Positions 13,229 through 27,890 of a stretch of 64,000 bases of DNA are shown here, piece by piece. Source of the stretch: Eledone cirrhosa. Taxonomy: Eukaryota. The position numbers and the translations under genes are program-made. Where the stretch lies: contig OZ024747.1 of assembly GCA_964016885.1 (NCBI GenBank), positions 36,394,001 to 36,458,000 on the forward strand, written 5' to 3'. Numbering within the stretch: the first letter of the stretch is position 1; the number at the start of each line of letters is the position of its first letter. The notes beneath the pieces are model-generated. The model was given only the letters and a program-made list of their open reading frames with translations, had not been told where the DNA came from and searched no databases.

Positions 13229-13965
13229 AAATATAAAACAATCACATTTTTACTTAATAATATTAATTGCTGACGATCGTTTCTTCTGGACAATTGTCTG
13301 GTTATATCGGAGCATGCAGAATGTTTAAACAAGTTATTACATTCCTAGTCCTTAGAACATTCATTACGATACATTACTATTGACAGTGTTAGTGACATCA
13401 TATTGAAAAGCAAGAGTGACAAAAATGATATTATATTAAACAGATAGCAAAGTATTAGGAGCTGTTGTGAAGAGGTTGTTACATAAGTCACAGAAGTGAG
13501 CATATCATATAGAAAGTTATTCATAAAGGTAATTCAGGTGCAAAAATATCAAGCAAATACATATTACAATAAAAAGATAGCATAGCATTGAAAGATGTTA
13601 TAATAAAGGTATACAAAGAAAAATATACAGAATATTAATAAAGGCATGCGTGAGGTCAGGAAGAAAATGAATATGAATATAACAAGCTTATTCCATACAG
13701 AATGTTAAAAAAATGTTTAAAATGGCATGCAATATGGTAAAAATAGATATGTAATGATATGAATCCAGACAGTCGTCTGGAAGAAAACGATCGTCATCAA
13801 TTAAATGTATTTAGCAAACATTTTATTTTTTATATTTTGTATGTCCGCATCTGATAATTTACATTGAGCTATTTCTCTTACTGGTCATTAGTTAGAGCTT
13901 AATACTACCCTTTCATACTTATAATTATATATAACTCTTATACAAGTATAAATAATATTATTAGT
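13225..13965. mobile_element. PLE-type terminal repeat, inverted pair with HHR relics
   Basis: GAAACGATCGTCAGC on - at about 13268-13313 and TCCAGAC/GTCTGGA-A-GAAAACGATCGTC on + at about 13757-13798. Confidence 0.6.
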
Positions 13966-13969
13966 ATAG

Positions 13970-14710
13970 CTAGGGCGGGTAAAATTCCCGAGATCCATGG
14001 ACGAGTTCTCTCCAGCGGTCTCTGTCCCTCATTATCGCTGCCATGTCCTGTGTCTCCCAAAACCCAGTGTCTGTCCTTAGGGCATCAACATACCGTAACC
14101 TTGGCCTTCCTCTTCCAGTGTGTCCATGTAGGGTCTCCCACAGGAGCACTGAGTGCACTGTCAACTCTGGATGTAGGTGAGCATGTCCAGCTAACCTCAG
14201 TCTCCTCTGTGTCACTTTTGAGCTGACTTTTGGGAGGCTCCCATACAGCTCTGAGTTTTTCATCCTCAGTGTATACTGATTAATGTTCAGAGCCATCCTC
14301 AGCATTCTCTTGTAGCACCCATCCACCATCTGAGTGAGTTTCTTGGTCAGTGCCCAAGTCTCAGACCCATACAGCATCACAGACTCCACTACAACAATGA
14401 AGAGGCGGATTTTCAGGTTTTTACAAAAGTCCGACTTCCACACCGATCTCAAGCTGTGGCACGCCGCCCAGGCTTTGCCCTTCCTCTCAACCACATCATC
14501 CTCCGTATTCCTAATCTTTGCTCCCAAATACAGGAAGTCCTCAACCAATTCTAGCGGCTTGCCGCCTACATTAGTGATCCCCTCTGGCTTCTTAGCATTC
14601 TCTACCAGATATTTTCTTTTAGTCTCATTCATTCTCAGCCCCACACTCATCGACACAGTCTCAACCTCCTGCATCAAATCATCTGCCTCCTTCACTGTAT
14701 TCATTACCAA
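13970..14710 (-). mobile_element. RTE-clade LINE, 5'-truncated (RT C-terminal part)
   Basis: Motifs [39 protein letters not shown] in a 246-aa open frame. Confidence 0.92.
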
Positions 14711-14747
14711 AACTATATATATATATATATATACTATTAGTATATAT

Positions 14748-15000
<253 letters not shown>

Positions 15001-15748
15001 TTAGCAATTGGAAAGACCAACTGAAACATTGTTTCCTCGATCCGATTTGACGAAACTCGATAGACGAGTTTTATATATGTGTGTATGTGTGTGTATACAT
15101 ACATATGTATGTATATTATATATTGTTCTTCCCTCAGGAACTGAAAAGATATCTCAATTAAAAATGCTCTTGAAGTAGTGGTAGAGGGAAGAGGGAAGGA
15201 AATGAGGATGGCCTCATAAACCCGGAGAGTTGACATGAAGTGTTGGAATCGAGTGAAATCTGCTAAATATCCTCAAGAGTCATGTCGTAGTGTTATGTCT
15301 AATACCCTATCACGTCTACTTGAAAGATATGTAATTATGTATGTTTTTACGGGCTTGTGTGTCTATGCTTACCGTCTAGCAGTCATTAAAGCTATGCCCC
15401 CATCTCACTGCTAAAGTTAGTATTTCATTATATCGAAGTAGAACATTATAGCACTAATTATGTAACGAGATCGATTATTCTTTTTTTTTTTTTTTCTCAA
15501 ACGTGTTCCTACAGAATATGATATAGTTAATAAGATAGTGTTTAGTCAAAATACGTTTTGTAGGAAGGCGACTGGTCACCAGCTTTGAATTACCCTATCG
15601 AAATTTGATTGAAAGCAGTATGTATTATGTGTTAGTGAAAGCTGTCACCAGATATGATTCGTCGATTTGACGGTGTATCATTTTCGTTCTTTATTGCTCA
15701 CACACATGTACCAATATTGTATTTTGATAAACATTAAAGTAAAAATAA

Positions 15749-15932
15749 GTGTTTCTAGTTTTGGCACACGGTCACCAATTACCCAGTGTATTCTTGGTAC
15801 TTTATTCTATCGACTCCGAAAGGATTAAATGCAAAGTTAACCTCGGCGGGATTTGAACTCAGAATGGCATTGGCCGTAACTCTATGTGTCAAAGCATGGC
15901 GACAGACCCTCTACCGATACTGCCAATCCACC
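15749..15932 (-). mobile_element. tRNA-derived SINE
   Basis: Matches 8813-8999; AAAAATAA on both flanks is a possible TSD. Confidence 0.88.
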
Positions 15933-17439
15933 AAAAATAATGTTATCGTGCATGATTCGATGGTATGAACAAACAATTGTAATTCAATTTAATTACCCAG
16001 GAATCATTAGATTGTATTTTTAATTTATTGAGTTTTCCTTTTCTTTGCAAGTGACGAAACCATTGAATTCATACAAGAGTTGAAAAACAACTACTTCCTG
16101 TAAGCGACATATGAACAAAGTTGACAAACCTCCAAGATTGTTACGACCCTGATGGTTGAATATCAATCCGGACTATAACATATTATTGATGCTGAAGTAA
16201 TATTTTGTAAAGTAAAATAAACAGTATATTTTTTTTTCTAAAGCACTGAAGCATTATGATGGAAAAATGTCCGGATACTCTTTGAATGTTTGGCTATAAA
16301 ATTGGTGCATTCTATTTCGGGTAACGTCTGGTATCATGGTAATATATATATATACAAAATCTGAATAAATTATATCAGTAACTAAAGCAAACACGATAAT
16401 TGTAGACAGTATTCCAAATATTATATGTGTTTTCCAAACACAAAAGGAAATTATTGGTGATGATAACCGATGCTTCATATATAAACAAAATATTGCATAA
16501 CTCGAATAAAGCTGGAGATACTCATTAAGTAGCAAACTTTATAATTATACGTATCTATTCCTTATAGAACCCAACCCAAAACTACACGTTTCAGCATGAA
16601 GTCGATATTTATATTTGAATCTACCTCAATGAATACATCAATAAATCAATAGTTACTGAATATATTAACATTTTTCTATTATCCAAAAAAGTCTCTATAG
16701 ATATAACAGACAATCATGTGCAAGGTTACAATAAACACAAATATTTAAACATAAACAAAGAATCGTTCATTCAATATCTGGTCAATCGGAACATAAAACC
16801 GTTTAATCTTGAAATGTTGAGAATATAAAATTCGAAAATTTCCATAAACCCCAATTATTATAAATGTTATCAAAAAGGAACACGGAACATAAAATTGTAA
16901 TATATATTTAAAACTACTAAAGTACTATTTTTCATTTGTCTCCAGGAACAAATGTAGATCATTTATACAAACCACTATGATTTCTCAGGAAGTATTGAGA
17001 CATAATGACGTGACTTCTTTTAAGAATACATTGTTCACAATCTCTCTATGTTAGCAAATGATTCATATATGTGAATAAAATCTACCAGTGTCCATAAAAT
17101 ATGATAACCATTTCTAACATCATTTATCACTTTCTTTCATTTTCTTTCACTTCACTCACATACAGAGATTTATGTGTGCAAATACACACACAAACAGACA
17201 CACAGACACACAGACACACAGACACACACACACATACCCACACACGCGCACACACACATATATATATATGCTGCCAATAAACATATATATATATTTAGCC
17301 AATAAAACACACACACAAGTTCAGTTTCACTTCAATATAGTATTATAATCTCCCATCGGTTAAATTAATAGCCAGATGGCAGTTTAGTTGATGATTGTCA
17401 AATCACTTTCGTTAAACATTCTGTGACCTCTTCCCCTTG

Positions 17440-17945
17440 TAGATGTCAAGTCCCCCCTCCCCCACAGTATACGGGAGGCCATCCAGTGCGACATGGCTTC
17501 GGACAGACGAGAGCGCCAGCTCGGTTTATACGACCTTGCATGTTTGGGATGGGCCTCGCAACCCCATAGTTGTGCCCTTCTCAATTACTTAGCCTCCTTG
17601 TCAACTGACACGCAGCTGGGTTATGATAGTGTGCACATCGGGGTTTCTCTGAGGTCGGACTCCGGATCTGCGAGCCATACAAATGTCGCTGTGGTTCCAT
17701 CGTATACACAAGCGGCCTCCACCCGCTGACCTGTCGTTACAGTGGCGGCCGCCGTTCACGCCATGCTGCTCTCAACGAAGTCACAAAGCATGGTTTGGAT
17801 GCTGCAGGTCTCCCTCCCAGCTCGAGCCAACGAGAGTGGGCCGAGGGGAGGGATAAAGGCTAAACGGTATAACTCCCTTCTTCTAGTTCCGCGGTGGTAA
17901 ACACCTCATCTGGGATGCCACATGCGGCGACACGTTCTCTAGCGG
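17440..17945 (+). mobile_element. CRE-like non-LTR retrotransposon fragment (zinc knuckle and restriction-like endonuclease), decayed
   Basis: Across frameshifts it reads ICEPYKCRCG...GLHPLTCRYSGGRRSRHAALNEV...GGKHLIWDATCGDTFS. The last motif matches the 53545-54890 copy. Confidence 0.8.
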
Positions 17946-18028
17946 CAATAAGGTTGTCAATTAAATATATATATATATGTGTGTGTGTATTTGTATGCAT
18001 ATTTATATGGATATATGTAGCAGTATGT

Positions 18029-18059
<31 letters not shown>

Positions 18060-18243
18060 TTTGTCTACCACCTTTCGTATGCATGTGTGTGTGTATGTTA
18101 GTGTGTTTGAATGTATAAGTGATAGTTTTGTTTAATTTCAATAGAATGCTTTGTAGCTAATTCAAAAATGCTGCCGTAGCAATAGAGGAGACCTGACTTT
18201 ATACATTGCATTGAGTGATACATTAGTAATGACTGGAAATAAT

Positions 18244-18428
18244 TTTTTCTACTTTTGGCAGGCCAGCAATAATACCGGTGTATTACTGGTACTTTATTTT
18301 ATCGACCCCGTAAGGATGAAAGGCAAAGTTAACCTCGGCGGGATTTGAACTCAGAATGGCAAGGGCCGTAATTCTATGCGTCAAAGCATGGCGTCCGACC
18401 CTCTACCGATACTGACAACCCACCACCC
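18244..18428 (-). mobile_element. tRNA-derived SINE with 17-bp TSD
   Basis: TAATGACTGGAAATAAT at 18227-18243 and 18429-18445. Confidence 0.92.
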
Positions 18429-19715
18429 TAATGACTGGAAATAATAATATAGTTAGAATATTACTTGATTCAAATTACATTACTCAAAATAACGGAGTCC
18501 TTCTGTAACTTACCAATATTTCATTAAAGTTAATTACTTGGATCAAATACTTGCATTAATTATAACTGGGTATTAAAAGCAACATTATTAATATCATTTA
18601 TTGTACTAACTCAGAGATAATGTAACAAGATCTGTTCCAAGAATGATTATATGTGACATATTGTTTATCTACATAAGCCTAATTTCTGCTCTTAATTGGT
18701 TAGGGTTTGGCAAAAAGGACTGATATCTGAGTCTATAAGGCATAATTGTTTTGTATTTCTTCAACATCTTTTAAGATTTCGTCAATGTAAGTAGTAAACA
18801 ATCCATAAGTTTAAAACTGAAGAAATGCAGCAGAACATTGGATAGATATAGTAGCCTTTTCTTATTCTCATTCGAAATACATCCACGATAATGTGCCGAC
18901 GAAGTAACTAATTATCATATATTCCACCTCATTAGACCCTCTACTTCAGTTTGTTTGAAGTCCGCATTACACATTTTAGTTAAACACAGCTTCTGGCAAA
19001 ATAGCAAACTCTTGCCTTTTCGCATTAATAAAATAAAATACAATATATTACTGAGCTTGTTTTATTGGTATGGGATGTTTAAACACTATTATATATTTAC
19101 ACAGTATTAGATCTTACGTGTGTGTGTGGGGGGGGGGGGGGGGATGATATTAATTAATCAGTATCCCCCAAAAACCGTTTCTATTCTCTCTTCAATGAGA
19201 TTGTAGAGGTGCATCCCTCAATTGTATCTGATTCTTGTTGCTTTCATGCATATTCTCTCTCTCTCTCCCCCTGTCTCTCTCTCTGCGTTTTCTGCTTCTC
19301 TTTTAACCGCATCAAGATATTCATCTGTTCGTCTGTTTTCTGTTTATTTCGTTTATTCATAGTAATTTCTATGTAATTAACGACCACTACACGAACAAAT
19401 GCAAAGTCATTCCATTAGCGTAATAGCGCATCTGTTGAGAATCACTTTTTTTTCGGGTTGGCTCACAATGTCTCATTCTTGTATGAAATATGAAGACTAT
19501 AGTCAACCCTATGTTTAACCCTATTAAATTGTCAAAAAATACAAAGATCACACAGTGACAAAACGAGAAAATATTGAAATTTCTAAGTTAACCCGCTCTG
19601 AAGACACCCGTGCTGCAAATACTAATCATGAATTATTTAAAAAATAGTTTACTATACGTGACTCAACACCGGTAGATGAAATTGTCAGTGCATAAATGCC
19701 TTAATTCTTTGGTTT

Positions 19716-19754
<39 letters not shown>

Positions 19755-19842
19755 CTAAGGCGGTTAAAATTCCCGAGATCCATGGACGAGTTCTCTCCAG
19801 CGGTCTCTGTCCCTCATCATCGCTGCCATATCCTGCATCTCC
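19755..19842 (-). mobile_element. Very short 3' end of the RTE LINE
   Basis: Matches 13970-14058. Confidence 0.85.
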
Positions 19843-19853
19843 ATATATATATT

Positions 19854-20040
19854 GTGTGGTGGATTGGCAGCATCGGTAGAGGGTCGGACGCCATGCTTTG
19901 ACACATAGAGTTACGGCCCTTGCCATTCTGAGTGCAAATCCCGCCGAGGTTAACTTTGCCTTTCATCCTTACGGGGTCGATAAAATAAAGTACCAGTAAT
20001 GTACTGGGTAATTGCTGGCCTTGTGCCAAAAAGTAGAAAC

Positions 20041-20046
<6 letters not shown>
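19854..20046 (+). mobile_element. tRNA-derived SINE
   Basis: Matches 8813-8999. Confidence 0.9.
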
Positions 20047-20102
<56 letters not shown>

Positions 20103-20174
20103 ATATAAATGAAGTATTTCCGTAGGAAAGGTAAAGGAAACAACAGTGCTCTATGTAGGCTACAGAGCTTTTTA

Positions 20175-20602
20175 GTTATGCAAATTAGTCTGCCCACTAC
20201 TAATTTTCATAGAAAAAGCATATAACGATATGTGCTTTTACGATTCTCTAGAGAAGCCGGAAGATGTGTTTATATTGCTGATGAGATGTAACAACATCGA
20301 AACTAGTCCAATATTCCTGTCTGGCTCTCTGGAGAATAGAGGAAAGGTGTTTCCTTGAAAACCCGTATGACTCTAAAAACCGGTTTGTCTGTTTGGTTAC
20401 ATACAGACTAGCTAGACACTCACAGTAAAGTGTCCAGTGAAAAACTCGGTACATGTACATATGTATACGTGTGTGTATTTATATGCATACTAGTATTTCA
20501 GTATACATATGTGGATGTACACTTTTAACTTAATTGTTTAAGCGTCAGTCATACAAAAGTGAGTTACAAACGAAACGAAATTTAATTTCGTTTCGTTATT
20601 TG

Positions 20603-20610
<8 letters not shown>
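20175..20610 (+). mobile_element. ORF-less PLE-type repeat with canonical HHR
   Basis: Homologous to 43431-44240; ends in the CGAAACGAAAT/ATTTCGTTTCG hairpin and then (TA)n. Confidence 0.8.
20272..20314 (+). ncRNA. Canonical minimal type I hammerhead ribozyme
   Basis: ATATTG-CTGATGA-GATGT-aaca-ACATC-GAAAC-TA-GTC-CAATAT; all core positions are canonical. Confidence 0.92.
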
Positions 20611-20660
<50 letters not shown>

Positions 20661-20700
20661 TCTCTATATATATATATATGCCTCTATATATGTATGTATG

Positions 20701-20732
<32 letters not shown>

Positions 20733-21446
20733 GTTAATCTAAAACATTTTGCAGAGCAGTTTTCATCCTAATCACCAGTATCTTCTAAATGTAGTTGACA
20801 GTTAATTTATCATATATTTACATATTCCCTTTATTATTTATATTATCTATTTGCAATGCCTAGTTTACAGATATAATTGAGTTTCATTTGCTTCTGTTTT
20901 AATCGCTGCTTAATTTACTTTAAATTATCTAATGCAATCATCTCTATTTTCCTATCTTTTTATTTAAGAAATTCCCTAACTATAATATTTCCTGATCGCA
21001 TATCTATTCGCCAGAGATTGAAGAACCCTATTCATGAAGAAATCTCCAATTTTAATAATACATATCGGCATAACCATCTTCTTTGTTATATCTTTTTATT
21101 CTCAATTGAACCCTGAAGGATATCGTAAACTATTCATGATTGAAAAAGATCATTTATCTTCTAAATTGTTAGAATTGTTATACAAATATAACTATTAAAA
21201 TGAATAAAGCAATTAATTTGGATTTTATTCTAAGATAGCGTAGCATAATTCCGAATCAGTTTTCTAAAGATATTGTTTAATGTAATTTTCAACAAATGCC
21301 TTTTAAAAATAAATCTAAGATAAACATATGTATGTTTATGTTCAAATCTATATTTATTTTACCTCAATTCCATTTCTAGTTCAAATTTTCCTTCCTAATA
21401 TATATTTATGTGCGAAAGGAACTATACAGACAGATAGACACCCTAC

Positions 21447-22980
<1,534 letters not shown>

Positions 22981-23001
22981 TATATATATATATATATATA
23001 T

Positions 23002-23953
23002 GGAGGATGTCTCTGTGTGTGTGAGTTCGAATCCCTAAAACTCGAGAACGAGCGAACCGACTGTTTTCAATCTTTACACATGTAATATTTATGTTTTAGG
23101 GAGTGTTCTGAGCAAAAAGAATTCACATTTTCCATTCCCTAGCGACCGTATTAGGCGATTTAGCGATCTCGTTCTATAATCCTCAGTCTTTCTCTTTTTA
23201 GGTAGATACATACATATAACGTCGCGCCCTTGTAATATATGTCTGTATGTCTGTATGTCTGCCTTACATCACTTCCCTGAGGATGTGTGTGTGTGTGGGG
23301 TGTGTGTGTGTGTGTGGGGGGGGGGGGTTAATCACTAAAAATCGAGAAGTGCCCATCCGATTCTTTTCAAACTTTGCATATGTATTAGTTATGCTCCAGG
23401 GAGTGTTATGCGCATGAAAAAATTCAACTTTATTTTTCATCCCCTAGGGCCTGCATTAGGTGAAAAACTGCGTTTTTAAAGATATTTAGGTGTTTTTTTA
23501 GGCGTTGCGTCAGACCGATTTCCTTGAAATTGTAACTATGTATTAGTCAGTCTCTTCTTCATACCGTAAGCAAAGAAAACCCAACTTTCTTATAGCCTAG
23601 GGCTCTCATTTGGTGAAAAACTTCATTTTTTCAGCTTCTTAGGGCTTTTTGGAGGCGTTACATCTAACCGATATTCCTGAAATTTAAAGGCATATTATGC
23701 ACATAGAAAATCCCTTTTCTCGATCCCCTAGGGTCCGCATTAGATGAAGACCTGAATTTTCATGTTTCTTCGAGGAAAATCTGAAAGATTATCCAGCCAT
23801 CAGAGTATTCGGTTTATTTTCTTTACATATTGTCCAGGCAAGCAGTTTTTCCACGATTAGGTCTGTTAGCGACCCGCGTTCCAAAATACCTTATGGAGAT
23901 ATTGGTAAAATCCCGACAGTGGCATTAAGAAGCTTCAGCTTCTGTGCTCAGTA
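23002..23953 (+). mobile_element. Probable non-autonomous Helitron-like element
   Basis: Internal degenerate repeats (ACCGAT...AAACTTT...CCCTAGGG); 3' hairpin AGAAGC-ttca-GCTTCT followed by CTCAGT, an imperfect CTRR/T end. Confidence 0.5.
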
Positions 23954-24017
23954 AACAGTAACGAGTATATAGTCAACACAAAAATACTCTCTGTATATCC
24001 CTCTTTTTCTCTCTCTT

Positions 24018-24098
<81 letters not shown>

Positions 24099-24104
24099 GT
24101 AATA

Positions 24105-24632
24105 ATAATAAATTTGAAAACTAAAATCCAAAGAGGGCTCGATAAGGATAAATATATATCAAATATATAAGAACCGTAGAGCAAATATTTATTAAAATAA
24201 CAGATTAAAGTTTAAGCAAAAAATCGCTGCTTTCACCCTTAACGGGATCTTCTAAAACTAACAAAGTCAATCTGTAAACGCAGAAGTGGATATTTCAAAA
24301 AACGGAAGAAGACAGGATAACGATACTTTGGTTCGTGGAAACGTTCGCTGGCAAAGAACGGGAAAAAACGAATATAATACGTCTATAATCTGTCTTTGCG
24401 CGTAATTGTTTTTCACCGCTCCTATTAATGACGTATTATATTCGTTTTTTTTTTCGTTCTTTGCCAGCGAACGTTTCCACGAACTAAAGTTTCGTCTTCC
24501 TGTCTTCCTCCGGTTGCAACGTTTTTTGAAATATCCACTTCTGCGTTTACAGATTGACCTTGTTAGTTTCAGAAGATCCCGTTAAAGGGTGAAAGCAGCG
24601 ATTCTTTGCTTAAACTTTAATCTGTTATTTTA

Positions 24633-24640
<8 letters not shown>
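24105..24640. mobile_element. Fold-back copy of the CAGAAGA-HHR family
   Basis: About 24184-24385 is inverted relative to about 24428-24640. Confidence 0.85.
24565..24616 (+). ncRNA. Type I hammerhead ribozyme, U4A variant
   Basis: AGTTT/AAACT; core CAGAAGA; T-CCC...GGG-T; GAA-AGCA...TGCT-T. Copies at 1735-1785 (-), 2502-2553 (+), 24209-24259 (-) and 48023-48073 (-). Confidence 0.7.
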
Positions 24641-24722
<82 letters not shown>

Positions 24723-25159
24723 CTCACTGCCACTGATCATATGGCCGATTCTAAAGAATCAATCCCGTGACACAGAGGCTAGTCAGTAGGAATGGGATGG
24801 TAAGATGACAGGCGCCTACTAACACCCCCCCAAAAAAATTTAGAAGTGGTTTTGGCAGGTTTGCTCGACAAATCAGTGATTTGGAGATAAATATAGATAA
24901 TTTAATATATCTACTAACATAAGCGCACAGATGTACGCTAATACCAGCAAATACACAGGTTATGTTATAGTACCTAGGTGGTTCAATGCAGGAGAATGCA
25001 GAACAATAATATAAAAGACGTAAAATAAGAAAATTTTTTTTAAAAAAATTTTTTTAAAAATTAACTTACTTACTTAGCTGTTCCATTTACCGAATTATTA
25101 TTATTTTTATATGAGTCCCCAGTGTCCGCGCATCGCCTGGAGACTCGGCTGAGAATGAC

Positions 25160-25239
25160 CTCCCTGATGACGCAATGAAATTCTCAACAGTTCATTACGT
25201 AACTGTCTTTATCCCATTGCAGAAACTAATTAGTTGGAG
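25160..25239 (+). ncRNA. Type I hammerhead ribozyme
   Basis: CTCC/GGAG; CTGATGA; C-GCAATG...CATTGC-A; GAA-ACTAATTAGT-T. Confidence 0.75.
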
Positions 25240-25712
25240 TGAAAATTTAAGTAAGTTAATTTAAAAAAAAATTTTTTTTTTTTTAAATTTTCTTATTTTA
25301 CGTCTTTTATATTATTGTTCTGCATTCTCCTGCATTGAACCACCTAGGTACTATGACATAACCTGTGTATTTGCTGGTATTAGCGTACATCTGTGCACTT
25401 ATGTTAGTAGATATATTAAATTATCTATATTTATCTCCAAATCACTGATTTGTCGAGCAAACCTGCCAAAACCACTTCTAAATTTTTTTGGGGGGTGTTA
25501 GTAGGCGCCTGTCATCTTACCATCCCATTCCTACTGACTAGCCTCTGTGTCACGTGATTGATTCTTTAGAATCGGCCATATGATCAGTGGCAGTGAGAAT
25601 TTTCAGTAGCTGGAATCCAGTCCTCGAAGGCTGTTCCATTTACCGAATTATTATTATTTTTATATGAGTCCCCAGTGTCCGCGCATCGCCTGGAGACTCG
25701 GCTGAGAATGAC

Positions 25713-25792
25713 CTCCCTGATGACGCAATGAAATTCTAAACAGTTCATTACGTAACTGTCTTTATCCCATTGCAGAAACTAATTAGTTGGAG
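25713..25792 (+). ncRNA. Type I hammerhead ribozyme (second copy)
   Basis: Near-identical to 25160-25239, 553 nt downstream. Confidence 0.75.
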
Positions 25793-25858
25793 TGAAAATT
25801 TAAGTAAGTAAGTTAATTTTTTTAAAAAAATTCTTTTTTTTAATTTTCTTATTTTACG

Positions 25859-25931
<73 letters not shown>

Positions 25932-26578
25932 TAAACGGAATAGAAAATGCTGACAAATTGTTCACAGTTGAAAAATAGTTTAATTAGGAATAAAAGAGTA
26001 TTAGTAATTGTATTGGTTAGTATTCAGTTGTAGTTTTAAGTTTTTACCGGTTGCGCATTTCTAAATGCTTTTTAAAAATAATTTTTAGATAGTGCTTCCG
26101 TGTTGTTAGCTCTGATCTGATTAGTTTTAGGAATTCTATCTGTTTTTATGTTAAAAAAGTGGCTCCAGCGCTACTTGGTGTTGCAAAAATTCTTGTGGTC
26201 AAAACAATTTTGATTGGTCGGTAGAGGTCATGTGAATGTAAAAAATTGATTTTGCGCCAAACTGTTTTTATGTTAAAATAATTGATTTTGCGCCAAGACT
26301 GAGAAATGACTCTTTCACAACAAATATGTGTGTGTGTGTAGTAGTAGTAAAGTGTTCGATGTTGTGATAATGGTTAGCAGGGATGTCTGTGCGGACAGCT
26401 TAAAACCACAACTGAATACTAACCAATACAATTACTAATACTCTTTTATTCCTAATTAAACTATTTTTCAACTGTTAACAATTTGTCAGCATTTTCTATT
26501 CCGTTTACCAATATATAATAACTTGTGTGTTACACCTCTATTATGTTAACTATTATATCTTCACACGAGATACAGAAA

Positions 26579-27890
26579 ATGCCAACAAAAACGGATACAA
26601 CACTCATCAACACAAATGAAGAGAGTCTACAGGAACTCAAGAAAATCAACACCAACCGATCTTTGCTGGTCGACAAACTTGACTCCACAAATAAGGAAGC
26701 CGCCACCGGATACAAACTCTCCGAAATCGGCGACAAACTCCAGAACCTTTGCGATACTATCCAAACTATCTTCATTACTACCAACCCAGGAAAAACCAAC
26801 AAAGAACCATGTGAGATTGATTCATACAAAATAAAAATTTGAACAATTCCAAAATGGAACAAATCCTTCAGAGACAGAAAGTTCTCATTCTGGAAGATGA
26901 TACAAAATCACAACAAAGCGGAGATATATGAAAAAATGGCTTAACTCAACCCCTCTAACTCTCCCCCGTAAACTACAAATAAAGTCGATTCCAAATGAAC
27001 CCGAACCTCAAAGACACCTTAAGGAAAGAATGGCATTGGAAAAAATGAAGACAGAAATTGAACTTCTTTAACTGAGGGCCCAGACAAATGAGGAAAAAAT
27101 CAAAACCATCGATGAAGATATCCTCCTGGAAATCGACAATAAAACTGAAGGCCCCAAGGTAGAGAAGATCTCCAAATTATGGAAAGGGGAATGCAACAGA
27201 GAAGAACTGAAATCCCTTCAACACTGGGAAAAAAGTGCCGCTTGGTTCCTACTATATGAATCGACTTTTCAAACGTATTACACCTCCAATAACCCGTTCA
27301 TAAAAATAGGAAAACCCATAACTAAACCGCACAACAACTTCTCAAACCCCCAAACCACTAACAAACGAAGAAGGAAGCACCACACCGAAGATGAACTTCC
27401 CAACCTCGCTACTATAAGAAGGAACAAAAACCCACTAAATCATCTTCCCCAGAATGACATTTACAACTTTCCCCCTTCAAGGAGACACCATACCAAATCA
27501 CTCAACTACTACGCGGATGCCTCATCGTCAAACATAGGGAAAAGATACCACCACCATGATAGATCTAACAACTTCCCCGCTTCAAGGGGACAGCAAGGTA
27601 ATTACCATTTTCTCAACTCTCGCTTCCACAATACACAACAAACCCACACCACACGATACAACCAACAACGTAGGCCACTTATAACACCACAATACAAGAT
27701 GGCACATAGAAACACACACCCATACTCGCAGTACAGGAACACCCCATTCAATCTACAACCACCAACCCGAACCACATTTTACAACAACAAGGAATATAAC
27801 AAACACAGGAGACCACTTAACATCAGCAGACAACCCCTCTACCCCAACCATTTTTTAGACACAGCACACAGATACAGGCAAACAAAATAA
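26579..27890 (+). pseudogene. PLE ORF1 / N-terminal region, disrupted
   Basis: ATG at 26579, TGA at 26840, extra A at 26931-26936, TAA at 27069, then open to 27890 (...PNHFLDTAHRYRQTK). Confidence 0.65.

Larger units (their letters stand above)
24719..25866 (+). mobile_element. ORF-less element: 5' inverted segment plus partial tandem (553-nt unit) with two HHRs
   Basis: 24719-25076 is the reverse complement of 25248-25601; 25077-25310 repeats at 25630-25866; (TA)n on both sides. Confidence 0.88.

Noticed and set aside
23280-23770. Spaced degenerate repeats superficially like a CRISPR array
   Set aside because: Eukaryotic context, long divergent units and no cas genes; better explained as Helitron-like internal repeats.
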